Origin: Antedon mediterranea
Taxonomy: Eukaryota; Animalia; Echinodermata
Length of the DNA: 64,000 nt
Assembly: GCF_964355755.1 (NCBI RefSeq)
Contig: NC_092673.1
Coordinates: 29,323,648-29,387,647, forward strand
Direction of reading: 5' to 3'
Part shown: positions 13,548-26,440 of the stretch, one piece after another
How positions within the stretch are numbered: the stretch's first letter is position 1
How the letters are laid out: every line of letters begins with the position of its first letter
Translations under genes and position numbers: made by a program
Notes under the pieces: model-generated
Database searches by the model: none
What the model was told of the DNA's origin: nothing
What the model saw: the letters and a program-made list of their open reading frames with translations, nothing else

Positions 13548-14985
13548 AACTCTGTTGTACAAATGTGCAAGAAACCTCAATAAAAATCAACACAGGGAAA
13601 TTGATTTACTGCTAATTACATGTAGCAATAAAAGCTTTAATGTTTATTTATAGTTAACATTAGGTTTTTTACATATCCTATTAAAATAATTTGTACATGA
13701 TACTGTTGCTAAGCTTGCGAACATGTTCAAAAGATTAAAATCCTAGCTTATTCCATTAGATTTGGATTGGTATGGGTGAATAGCCTCCTCAGAAGGCTAT
13801 TGAACTCCTGTTCTGAACTACAATTGGCTTGTAAAACCTACCCCAAGGCTGCCCAGCCTACTCCAGATACGTTGTCGTCTTGTGTGCAATTGGCTAAGAA
13901 ACCAAGCCCAAGGCTGTCCGCTTATTCTATATCCAGTGTGTGTCCGTTGTGTGCAATTTGCTTATAAACCCACCCTAAAGCTGCCCAGCCTAGCAAGCAT
14001 ATTATATCATCATTGGGTAATAATATTGGTAAATACACCGATAACTACAGTATACTTGTTCTTGTCGATAGCTACCACTCTATCCCAACGTTCAGCAAGA
14101 GATCTTTTTCTGAAGATAAATGTGTGCTTAAGTATGCACCTTCAAGCTTTACTACTAAGCCTTTTAAGCACTTCACTGTCAGTCTAACATTTTCACAGAG
14201 CATTAGTTATAACTCACTTCTTATGATAATTAATAGAAATGCATAATTGTTATGTAATTTATTTTTCACAAAAATCTAATTTCTTAAGAGGTTTTATACA
14301 GTACTGTTTTTTTTATGACTGTAGGTATCCACCTCATTTTTTAAATATTTATTGTGTTTGTTGAGCTGTGATTTTGTTCTATACGGTAAAGATAAGATTT
14401 TATCTTCATTATAAAAGAATAACGAAACATGCTTGCATACAAATAGACATAAAAAGAACATCAACTATTTTATTACCATGCTTTTAGCTCCACAGACAGA
14501 ATGGTGAACTTATGCAACAAATAGTAGGTTGAACTCTTGTAGGCTCTGCTAAACAAATCAATCTGACATCACTGAATCATGACTGCTGGCTGTTGAATAT
14601 GATACGGTATGCAAAACTACCTCATTGAATATTCAATATTTGTGATTTGTTCATTGAGTATGATAAAATGAATAATGCAAATACCTTAATGAATATTCAT
14701 GAATATGATAAGAATAATTAATACAAATATCCTAATGAATATTCATGAAGTTTGTGGAATACTGTATGAGCGTAAAGATTGTAAATATTGGAATTAGTCT
14801 TTTTCTAAAAGTCTTAAAATTCTGATTTGTAAGAATTTTGATTAAGATTAATTTAAGTGTATTAGTACTTAGTACTTTTTGTAGCAAGCATATTGGTTAT
14901 TATGATACTAGGTTCATTCTTTGTGATTGCCGTCTAATGTACCGTACTATAACAAATGTAAACCACAGCCATAGAATTTTGTTTA

Positions 14986-16064
14986 AGGCTATGTTCAGAC
15001 CCATGGCGTTAGACCGTTTTAGCGTACAACGTTACTAGCAAGGTCACGTTACAAACCGCAGAGAAAAAAACGAGGTGTTCAGACCCATAGCGTATGATTA
15101 TCGTTACAATGGAAGTACGTCATTCAGGTTGTTTCTAGTTGCATATTCATGTGCTCTTACCCACGTGTTTTCATCATTATTTCCACTGTATATAGGCCTA
15201 GATCTCAGCCCTACAATTATGACAAAATTTGCCGTAAATAAAACATACCTCAGCATTTATTTAAGAAAAATATAGTAAAGCCAAATTTCTGTTTCTATTG
15301 TTTTTATTTTGTAGTAAAAAACATTTTCCCCAGGCTCTTGTGTTACGAAAATAAAGAGCAGGCCTAATGATGAAGAAACAATTGTTTGTGATTAGTCTAT
15401 CCAGTCCAGTCAAAGATATATATTCTTTGGTCCAGTCGGTTGAAAATAACCCTTAACTTGCTAATAAAAGGGACACAGCTCCCCTTGTTTGTTTACTGAA
15501 TTTTTTAGGAGTTAGGGGGTTTTCAGCATTAAACTTGTCCAGTCTAGTCTGCCTTGTATGAATGAAAGTGACTTGATGTCCCACGCCAGTTTTTAGCTTG
15601 AATGAAATGCGTGAATGGCTCAAGGCCTAGCTAGGCCTAAAAGCGGATGGGATCGTAGTCTCTATGTTTAAATACAAGGTGCATGTATTTATGTTTATTT
15701 GTTAGAAAATATAATGGTAATCCGTTGATAGTAGTTTGTAGCCTTTGTAACAGTTGTATTTGTAGTGTAGTTAGGCCTTATTTATTCTGGCCTTTTTGTT
15801 ATTGAAATCCATCTCACACATTGACGATACAAGATGTCAGCCTAGGTCAAACCTTGTTTCGCGTCATAACAGGAAACGTTCTGATTGGATACAACGTTGA
15901 CTTACAGTAGCGTCGTACGCTAAAACGGTACTATCAACCGTTTTCCACTACAACGCTACAACCGTTGTACGACGCGTTGTACGCTAATCCCCAACTGTTC
16001 AGACACACATTCTTTTAGCGTCGTACGCTAAAACGGTCTAACGCCATGGGTCTGAACAGGGCCT
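14986..16064. mobile_element. Non-autonomous PIF/Harbinger-like DNA transposon, about 1.08 kb
   Basis: TIRs of about 45 bp (GGCTATGTTCAGACCCATGGCGTTAGACCGTTTTAGCGTAC and its reverse complement), flanked by TAA/TTA. No transposase ORF. Confidence 0.8.
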
Positions 16065-16672
16065 TAGAAGATAAATTGTATTATTCTGTTAATGAATAAT
16101 TCCTTTTTCAATTCACCTTCTTCAGTGTGTCGTATATTAACGATTAATACAAACCTATTTTTATTACAATAGAAAAAGGCGATTTGACATAGGAGTATTT
16201 TAAAATTTTAAGTAGAATAATTTGCATGATAACTTACAATAATGCACTTTAGTGTTATTAACATAATATTTCATTAGAAAATAGATGTGGACCTAGTTTA
16301 AAATGCTAGTTCACAAAGACCTTTGCTTTGTAAAATAATATGTTGATATCATATAAACTTGGAAATGACCCACTTGTAATAACTGATGATATAAGTACAG
16401 TTGGTTAAAACTCGTCATGTGTTTATCATCGTAGAATATATTCATCTCATCTACAGTAGTATTTAATGTCCCTCTTCAAAATACTTCTTATTTTACCTCA
16501 TTACTATTTTCAAGCTTAATTACCATGGAAACCAAGATGCAATGCTCACTTAAGGAAGAACATAGTGACTTATAACATTAAAAATGTTTTCATTTTTAGT
16601 TGCTTTAATGTACAGTTTTCTATGGATATTTCTATTGTTTTTAAATTTGTTTTATAATGGCACACACAAAGT

Positions 16673-17400
16673 CCAAAGTTTTCATTCCAAAGTTTTCTTC
16701 CAAATTCTTCCAAACTCTCCTCCCAAACTCTGCGTCCAAACTCTTTTCCCAAACTTTTCTTCCAAACTCTTCTTCCAAACTCTTCATCCAAACTCTTCTC
16801 CCAAACTCTTCTTCCAAAACTCTTCCTTCCAAACTCTTAATCCAAACCCTTCCTCCTAAACTCTTCGTCCAAACGCTTCCTCCTAAACTCTTCGTTCCAA
16901 CTCTTCTCCCAAACTCTTTCTCCTAAACTCTTCCTCTAAAACTCTTTTTCCCAAACTCTTTCTCCCAAACTTTTATCTCAAACTCTTCTCCTAAACTCTT
17001 CTGCCAAACTCTTTCTCCTAAACTCTTCGTTCCAACTCTTCATCCAAACTCTTCCTCCAAACAATTCCTCCTAAACTCTTTGTTCCAACTCTTCATCCAA
17101 ACTCTTTGTCAAAACTCTTTCTCCCAAACTCTTTTTCCCAAACTCTTTTTCCCAAACTCTTCCTCCCAAACTCTTCCTCCAAACTCCTCCAAACTCTTCC
17201 TCCAAACTCTTCCTCCTAACTATTCGCCCCAAACTCTTCCTCCCAAACTCTTTTTCCTAAAATCTTCCTCTCAAACTCTTCCTCCCAAACTTCCTCTCCT
17301 AAACTCTCTTTCCGAAAGTCTCACAAATATTCAGCAAAACTCTTTCTCCTCCAAACTCTTCCTCCCAACCCTGCATTTAAACACTTCCTTCAAACTCTAC
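16673..17400. repeat. Pyrimidine-rich minisatellite, 13-15 nt unit (CCAAACTCTTCCT)
   Basis: Dozens of degenerate copies. Explains the spurious ORFs at 16570-17436. Confidence 0.93.
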
Positions 17401-19823
17401 CTTATCAATGGTTGTAGTACAAATTCACCATCTTAAACTCAGCTGCCATGCATTAATTTCTAACCTGAGGTGGACAACAAGATTTTATGTCCATCCCATG
17501 GGAGGAAGTATATAATATTATTGCTGTACTTCTCATGGGGTTCACATTAAACAACCAATGTAATAACTTATCCTGTCATTGGAACAATTGTCAAACTATG
17601 TCTTATATTTAATGTGATTTTCAACAACACATGTGTAATTTTTAATGACATTTAAATATTGATTAATTGTTATTCTCAGTTTTACCACCCATTTTGAAGA
17701 AATTTCTTCGGTAAAATGATACTGCTTCATCTTTAAAATCATAATTAAATGAACCTTATAATTATTGCTTACATTACAACCCCTACTTAGTATTATACTA
17801 ACTGACAGGCTTAAATACACTGAATATATAGTATATCTGTATCAATAACAAAAATAACAAACATTTTTTTGCAGGAGTTTTGTTTCGCCTTTGAACTTGT
17901 TTAGGATTCATTACTGTAAAGGCTATACTACAAAATAATAATGTTATTATTAAAATTGATTGTACTTGAGTACCAGTGTATCAAAAATATATTTTGTGTT
18001 AGTATGATGCTATATAACATATATTAATACAGGGAACATTTTCGCCAGTGTAGCATAGCAAAAAGCTATACAAAACAACCTTATTGCTACACATTTTGAA
18101 AATTGTGTAGCAAAAAATACAATACAAAACTATGCTTTTCGACTTAAAAATCAGTTTGATTAGCAAAATTGCTAAACAAAATTTTTAAATAACATTTTTC
18201 CCTGATTAATATAAATGTTATGTACTGATGTCATATTAATAAAAATGTTGTATCTACTGTATGGTAGAGATAAGTATAGAAATAGAGAGAATCAATACTA
18301 GATCTAGATGCTGTATCGCAGGTGCTCCTGTTGGTACAGTAGTTATATTAAACCAGGCCAAGTAATTTTCAATGTACAGCCATGCCTGCTGCATAGCAGT
18401 ATTAGAGACACGTTTTCTACACTTATGTTGTTATGAGCTGTAGGGAGCTGAGCCTAGCAATTACGCTCCAGCTGTTCCATCCAGATTGGATTCCTTTCAC
18501 CATGGAAATTTGATCTCTTTACCCAATCCGACAGCCTAGCCAGATCATATTCATAACAGCTCATGCATACATTATGCTAACCAGGTTTGGCAGTGGCGTC
18601 ATCATTTGCAAATGGTACCATGATTTTATATATTGCCTATTAATGCAGGTTTACAAGCATTCTTTTTTTTCTCATCGTACAAGTTGTGGGTTGTAGTTAT
18701 ACCTACTTTAATGATACCATGGTATATTAGATTGATTGATTTTTTTCAACACAATTTTTCTGTTTGTACAAATTGTTACTAGCTACAGTATAGATAATAT
18801 ACCAACTGTTATAAAAAGTTATTGATCGTTAATATCTTGCATGTTGTTGTGTGGCTAATAAATAGCATACAATTCTTCCAGTAGTCAGTAGACTGTGAAC
18901 TATGTTAATCTACAGAAATAGCGCTTGGTAATATTTTACAACAATGTTGGATTACCCTATGATGTTTTCACATTTTTCAGTTATTAACAAGGTTACTTTA
19001 ATTTCAAATAGAAATTAAAATACCTAATAGTTTTAAAACAACACACTGTATACTAAGTAATACCACAGTCATGTACACTACATGGTGAATCCTTTTTCAG
19101 TTTAAATTTTATTTCATTCAGTATAATATTATTACTAATACTACCATCATTTTAAAATGAACTCACAAATTCACTATTACTGTAGTTACATGTTATATAA
19201 TCTTAAAAAATGCCTATTAATCTGTACAATTGGCATTGATATCATGGATTTCTGAAAAATAGACATTAAGCTATCCAAAAATGTATGGTAGTATTTGCCA
19301 CCAATTTGATACTGCTTTCGCAAATAAACTGGCCATGGATTATAATGTGATTTTTTTAAAGGTTTATCTTTGCTATAGCATACTTTTTGTTTGGACCAAT
19401 ATTGAGCACTGTGGCTATGTAGATACATTCATTTTAAATTGTAATATTATTCATATTACTGTAGGTAGACCCTTTTCCTAATTGTCCAACCATCTGCACC
19501 TTACCCTGAGGCAATCCGCCCTTGACATTCTGCCTAGAAATTGCATTCTGTTCAAGTTCGTTACAGTCGTACTTCACATGGATGTAATTGTAATTGTACT
19601 TTTGCTCATAACACCAAAAATTGTAAGTTGTATACCAACTACATATCTAGTCTTTGAAATATTTAATGGCTGGTCTACTACTTCTATAGTACTAATATCT
19701 ACTCAGGGACAAGTGTGTTTATTCAAATTCTATTTTTTTTAAGTAAATTTATTTTGGTAAATCTTGCTGGCAAAATCAGCGTTGGCAGAACACTGGACAT
19801 AACAAATGTGTTACTACTAATAA

Positions 19824-19976
19824 AGATCTGTCTACACTATCAAACTAGTTTGACAGAAAGTGTGATGTGTCCAAATATAGTAGTGATATGCCCAAATACA
19901 GGTATGGTAGTGATATGACATCATCATGTCCAAATTGTTTTGTCCCATAAAGTTTGATTAATAGTGTCGACAGTAC
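19824..19976. mobile_element. MITE family A (PIF/Harbinger/Tourist-like), copy 1
   Basis: TIR TCTGTCTACACTATCAAACT and internal ccaaatatggtagtgatatg repeats. Confidence 0.75.
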
Positions 19977-21745
19977 AAGAGTGATGTGTAAAATCAGTTG
20001 ATGCAAAGATGTGTGTTTTACTCATTTAGTCATTATTTGTTTGTCAGTATTGGTTAAGGTTATTGTGACATTTTCTTCTTCTGATTGATCAATTTGTATG
20101 CCATCGTGTGTCCGTATCACATTGGCTAACTTAGAACGGTCAGTTTACTTCCGTAGTCCATCGACAATTCATGACAATTTTACACCATACTGTCAAATCA
20201 ATCTGAATGTGTTACTTCTGTTACAAATTTCTTTAATTGCTTTTAGTTAATACTTCATATTCCTTTGTTGTGGATTTGTTAATATATAATATCTGATTCT
20301 TCTCAATAGTAATAATAATACTACTAGTGTAATAATAATCAGAGTTTAGGATTTCGGCCGTTACATTTTAGTAACAGATGGTTGGAGACATTGACTGATC
20401 ACCGTACCTGATATTTCCAATGCAGAATTTTCTTCCATACTCCACATTCTATCATGTATTCATAGACATTTGTATTGTGTTTATTGATGATAAGTATGTT
20501 TGCTATTGCTAAACTATCTTTGTTTACTTAAACACAAATGTGATAAATGTTTTCCTGGTAGGGACTTGCTTACCTTGATGAACTAAGTTTAAACATTTAT
20601 TAATGACATCATCATACAGATATTTGACTAAGAAACTCTATATGTGTAAAGAGTCCAAATGGAATGGATTTAACTATAAAGAATGAAGTAATTGTAAGTA
20701 AATTGTGCTAAAACAGAATTACAGTAAGTGCAAGCTATTGGGTTGCCGTCGATTAATAAATAATGAAAAATGTGAATGAAATAATGAAATAAAGTATACA
20801 TTTGTAACATTTAAAATAAACTTTTACAGTATCAATGTAGTTAAATGGGCATTACACTGCAGGCAGTTACTGTGTAAATGAGCATTAGTTAGAAGCCTAA
20901 ATTACACCAGGCAGTTACTGTGTAAATGGGCAGTAGGTTGGAAAGCACCATAAACAACACATAATGTTATTTATCATAAACCATGAATACAATGTGAACA
21001 GATCAAATAGCATGTTATGAATATTTGATGTGAATGGTTTGTTATGTCTCACTTCATGGTACGATACCTCCAAAGAATGAATGCTATTTCCCTTCCCTTG
21101 TTTAAGTACAATATAACTATTTTTCAATTTGCAGTGATTTAACATGTAAATAAAGATTACTGAAGCGCTAAGCGCTATTAAATAATGGCCTGTGTTGTGA
21201 TGGAAAAAATTATCCAAGGCCAATGTTAATGAATGCATTTGCAGCTAAATCTAAATATTTAATTCATTTATTCTAGTCTATGCAGATACTACACCAGACT
21301 TCTCTCTATCTTTCTCTTTCTAAAATATAATATCGCATATGTGGATCCAAACGATCCCTTTCTCCCTTAAAAATCCTTGATCCTCATTTACATATTATTG
21401 CATATTAATCAGCCAAGTAATAGTTGAAAAAAGATGATTTGAATGGTTTAATTCGGTATTATTTTATATGATTTGTATTTTTCCCAGATGTTTAAATTTT
21501 ATAACAAGTTATTGGATGCGGTCTGTTTACTTTACCACATACTACAAAAAGTAATAAAAAAATTGATCAAATTAAAATAAAAATACCACACACCCTGATT
21601 CTGAGAAAAGATATGGAGCCCACATGTTTTGAACTGAAAGCTGTAATAAATGTCATAGACTGCCAGTTACAATCCATACTAAATGTACATTCACATTCCA
21701 TGGACCAAATATCACTCACTCGCAGGTTGAAATTACTTTCTTTAA

Positions 21746-23132
21746 AGTGGAGCTCCACCCAGAAAATTACTATTTTTCATACATTTCAACTATTATTTAA
21801 AAATATCATCCCTTATACTTCATATTTTTTTGAAATTGTTTTCAATGAGTACGATTTTCTTAAAAATCACGCCTTTTTGCGTTTTGGGGGGATACCTTGT
21901 AATTTCCTATTCTTTTACATGCAAAAGGGGGGTATATTTGAATAATCCTAAAAAATTCATTTCTTCACCAAAAAAAAAATTTAAAATGTATATTTATGTA
22001 ATTTTTCCAGATCTTTCTATTTCTGGTATTTTTATCACGTATACATTGCGCAATTTTGCGTAAATAGACACTTTCCCCCGTTCGGGTCCAATTGGGTTTT
22101 TTATTTTGCTAGGGAGTACGATCACGTGACATTTTTCACAATCACACTACTGCAGCTGGCGATCTGTTATTTTGTCGCGATGTTATTTTTGACGGGCGAA
22201 AAGTATATTAAAACATTCTGAATGTGACCCTATTATGTTTCACAGTGTAATAATGTGATTATGAGACTATTACTAAAATGTCAAATTTAACGAGATTTGA
22301 GAAAGATGTGGCTATACAATAAAGCTAGGCCTAGGCCTACTAGAGTGTAGGTATGTACCGATGCTGCTTAGTGGCTTGGCCTCTAGCTAGGCTAGGCTGA
22401 CAGCAGTGAAGTTTGTTTTGCTTTCACCCGACCTTGGCCTACCCACATGGGCCATGATAGGGTGCCTGAATAGTTGCTTTTCAGTCAGGTCTAAGCTTGC
22501 ACATCGCTTTACTATTCTTTACTACTTTTGTTCTGTATAAGATTTTGTGTTTCACAATTCTTAATATGCGAGAAAACCCAGGAACGATAAATGGGGCGAA
22601 ACGACCATGCCTATGAATACATAGGCCTCTAGACAAAAATTCAAGGCTAGCTAGGCTGAGCAGACGGCTTAGCTAGGCCTAGCCCTAGCTTAAAGTTAAA
22701 AGCAATCTGATAAGATTATAATGCTGTTGTTGTACAGTGAAAATCATGAGGTTACATGTAAATTATACTGACATTCTTATCGGAAATATTACTTAGGCCT
22801 AAACAAATCGTATTAATTGTGTGTATAAAATTTATTCCCCATTTTTCGACACATAATTTACCAAAGGGAAGAAATTTCCACAATGCGTTGACCAGCGACT
22901 AAAACGCGTCAGTCGCTAAGTGTAACGCGTTTCATGACGTATTGTAAACTAATAACCCCTAAGTTACTGAAAAACTGTAATTTGTTAAAAAACACTATTT
23001 TCTGACCGATTTTTTAGAAATGAGTTTTTGGAAAATATTTCTGTATTTTTCCTGGTTTTTTTTATGTAATCACTTTCAATTAAACATACTTAAACATAAT
23101 ATAAGCTGAGAAAGTCTGAGTGTAGCTCCACT
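21746..23132. mobile_element. Non-autonomous Kolobok-like DNA transposon, about 1.39 kb
   Basis: TTAA|AGTGGAGCTCCACCCAGA...TCTGAGTGTAGCTCCACT|TTAA: TTAA target duplication with purine-purine termini. Confidence 0.8.
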
Positions 23133-23135
23133 TTA

Positions 23136-23268
23136 AGGTCTGTCTATACTATCAAACTACTGTAGTTTGACAAAAAAATATGATATGCCCAAATATGGTA
23201 GTTATATGACATATATAGATGGGCACATCACATTTTTTGTCACAAAGTTTGATAGTGTGGACAGATAT
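23136..23268. mobile_element. MITE family A, copy 2
   Basis: Same TIRs. Sits in the TTAA that ends the Kolobok-like element. Confidence 0.8.
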
Positions 23269-23642
23269 TATGGATTTGTAAAAGTTTTGCATCCACATTT
23301 ATTTGAGTTGCTTTTGTATCCTTGAAATTTAATTTTATTATGAATTCGGAATAAATGAAAAAAAAAATTATATTATATGGTGAACAGTTCGATAAGAAAT
23401 AAAAAAATCCAATTGTCTTTATTGATCCTATCGGAAATAATTCATAGATTTCCTCATCTTCCCTCCTACTGCTCCTCATCTTGACAGTTTCAGTATAATA
23501 ATTATCACCAGGTAGGCCTACTGTAGTTTATATATCTTCCTCTATGCCTGTAAATTGACATATAAAATATATAAATATAAAAATTACAATGTACAAAACT
23601 GGATATAATGCAAGAACAATGGTGTCCCAAATTGGTTACTGG

Positions 23643-23823
23643 AATAATAATAATACGAATTTGTAATGCGCCAATTCCAGCAGTAAGTGTATGAGAGAGC
23701 TCAATTTGAAAGAAAAAGATGAGTTTTCAAGGCAGATTTAAAGGCGAATGTAGAAGAACATGATTTAATAGAGCCGGGTAGGTCAGTCATTCCATAAGTG
23801 AGAGGCAGCAGAAGAAAAGGTGC
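23643..23823 (-). mobile_element. L2-clade LINE 3' fragment
   Basis: Minus strand reads TFSSAASHLWND / LPGSIKSCSSTFAFKSALKTHLF with a 4-bp frameshift, then GCGCATTACAAAT and an (ATT)n tail. Confidence 0.8.
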
Positions 23824-24989
23824 TTAGGCATAATGGTGCTTAGGATAATGTACCGGTATATCCATTGAGAAATATTCAATGAAATAGATAAACTATTAAG
23901 TATAAATTTATTAGAAATGTTAACATGTTTAGTAATGTATGTTTAACACACACAAAAAAATGTGTAAAACAGTTCTGTTTCCTGTTTTTGAACAAAAGCT
24001 TCTACATGTAAATTTGATTGTGTAAAGGTTAAAAGACAAGGACATTATCTGGGAATCAGGAGCACATAATAGAATATAACTGTATAATAATGCTAAAGAA
24101 GCTATTCTACTAGCATGATATGAGTAGGTACATACATACTCTGCAGCTGTTTGCACTGTGGTGGCCTTCACCTAAACAATGTAGTACAGTAATACTTAAC
24201 ATACTGACAGGAAAAACCTTGCAAGATGCAATAGTATTTAATACATGACTGAGTTTACTAAGTTTATGTTATTCTGCTAACTAGACCTTATTACTTTATA
24301 ATGGGTAGATTTAGCCAATTTAACTTTTATCCTAAATTGGTAGATCTGATATTACTTTATACAAATAGTACTAATAGCTCTGAAAACTTTATACTAGTAC
24401 AGTACAGTACTTGTTGTTTCATCATCAGATCCTGACTTATTTCTCCATATCATCAGATGACTTGGCTAATCTCCTACTTGTATTGTATAACTATAGAGAC
24501 ACATAATATTATGTTTTGAACAATTTAATATATTGCTTACCGTATTTATACCTCAACATTGTTGAGCAATATTTTCTTGTCCTATTATCATGTCTAAAAA
24601 ATTATAATGTTTGTTTTTCCTAAAAATATTAATCATTAGAAATTAAATATACAGCTATTTACTGTAATAGAATATTGTAAGTTCATTGTCCGTCATAATT
24701 GACTTGTTCTTTATTGTAAATTATAAACAAAGGGCTCTCATTACATTGCAAAATATGATGAACATTATACCCCAGAGTGTGACTAATGATTATCATTGTA
24801 ATAATTGTTATTTTTGAATATAATAATAGTATTGTGAAATTTAATTTATGGGATTTTGTTGATGAGCATTGTGAAATTTTGACATGATATCCTTTGCACT
24901 GATTTTATTTATTTAATCACACTCTTGTTTATGACAAGACCAGCCAATTCTTGTTAATATAATAACTTATTTCTTATTTTCTTCACTTC

Positions 24990-25680
24990 TTTATATGACA
25001 ATATACTTATAATTCTTGAACTTTAATATTTACCATGCAGAACTTATTTCTCCATGGATTGACTAACTTTACATTATATGACAATAGACTTATTTATTCT
25101 TTGCACTTATTTAGCATGCAGAACTTATTTCTCCATGGATTGACTAGCTTCACATTATATGACAATATACTTATTTATTCTTTGCACTTATTTAGCATGC
25201 AGAACTTATTTCTCCATGGATTGACTAACTTTACATTTTATGACAATATACTTATTTATTCTTTGAACTTAGTACCATGCAGAACTTATATCTCCATGGA
25301 TTGACTAACTTCACATATGAAAATATACTTATTTGATATTCTTTGAACTTATTTACCATGCAGAACTTATTTACCATGCAGAACTTATTTCTCCATGGAT
25401 TGAATAGCTTCACATTATATGACAATATACTTATTTGATATTCTTTGAACTTAGTACCATGCAGAACTTATTTCTCCATGGATTGACTAACTTCACATAT
25501 GAAAATATACTTATTTGATATTCTTTGAACTTATTTACCATGCAGAACTTATTTACCATGCAGAACTTATTTCTCCATGGATTGACTAACTTCAAATTAT
25601 ATGACAATATACTTATTTGATATTCTTTAAACTTATTTACCATGCAGAACTTATTTCTCCATGGATTGACTAATTTACAT
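24990..25680. repeat. Tandem repeat, about 80-100 bp unit
   Basis: catgcagaacttatttctccatggattgactaacttcaca repeated about 8 times, with internal subunit slippage. Confidence 0.92.
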
Positions 25681-26057
25681 GCCAATAAATGTACTGATTG
25701 ACTAGTGTAACACCACATTACAATAAACTTATTATTTCTATACTATTACTACAGTAAGTGTACATTTTGACAACAAAATGAAGTCTACCTTAATAACACA
25801 ATAGTTGTGATTAATTATTATTACCAAATCTAGTAAATTGTGAAAAAGATTTGATTTATTTTGTTGTTTAATGAAGCGATTATAACAAGCTGAAGTTAAT
25901 TTTAACATGTTTGTCCTGTGCGCTCGCTGACCCATGCAAAGGACCAAAACAAATCATTCAATGGGTCATTTTATGACCATAGGTCAAATGGTTACTTAAG
26001 GGTATGTAGACAATACAATTTTTTTTTCTTAATTTTTGCATTTTTCTATTTCATCAG

Positions 26058-26237
26058 GTAAACATTATGGCGTGTATAGCTGTGAGGGTTGTAAAGGATT
26101 CTTTAAACGAACAGTACGTAAAGATTTGTCATATGCGTGCCGAGACGAAAGGAACTGCATTGTAGATAAACGTCAAAGGAATCGCTGTCAGTATTGTAGA
26201 TACCAAAAATGCATTGCCATGGGAATGAGAAGAGAAG
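26058..26237 (+). CDS. RXR: RXR exon: DNA-binding domain
   Basis: catcag|GTAAA to GAAG|gtacag, 180 nt, phase 1/1. [59 protein letters not shown]. Confidence 0.98.
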
Positions 26238-26273
26238 GTACAGTATGTTTAGCGCTGAAATTATCAAACAAAG

Positions 26274-26440
26274 TTATTGCTCACACTTGCCCAAACCTAT
26301 TGTCCAAATCTATTGCCCACACTTGTACAAATCTATTGCCACACTTGCTTAAATCTATTGCCCACACTTGCCCAAATATATTGCCCACACTTGTACAAAT
26401 CTATTGCCCACACTTGTCCATATTTATTGCCCACAATTGC
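26274..26440. repeat. Minisatellite, about 23 nt (ttgcccacacttgcccaaatcta)
   Basis: About 7 copies, starting directly after the DBD exon donor. Confidence 0.85.

Noticed and set aside
16570-17436. Several overlapping ORFs (QTLPPKLF / EEFGRRVW repeats)
   Set aside because: They are translations of a 13-15 nt minisatellite open in several frames, with no splice context.
24990-25680. Regularly spaced repeats resembling a CRISPR array
   Set aside because: The intervening sequences are themselves repeated rather than unique spacers, the context is a eukaryotic intron, and there are no cas genes.
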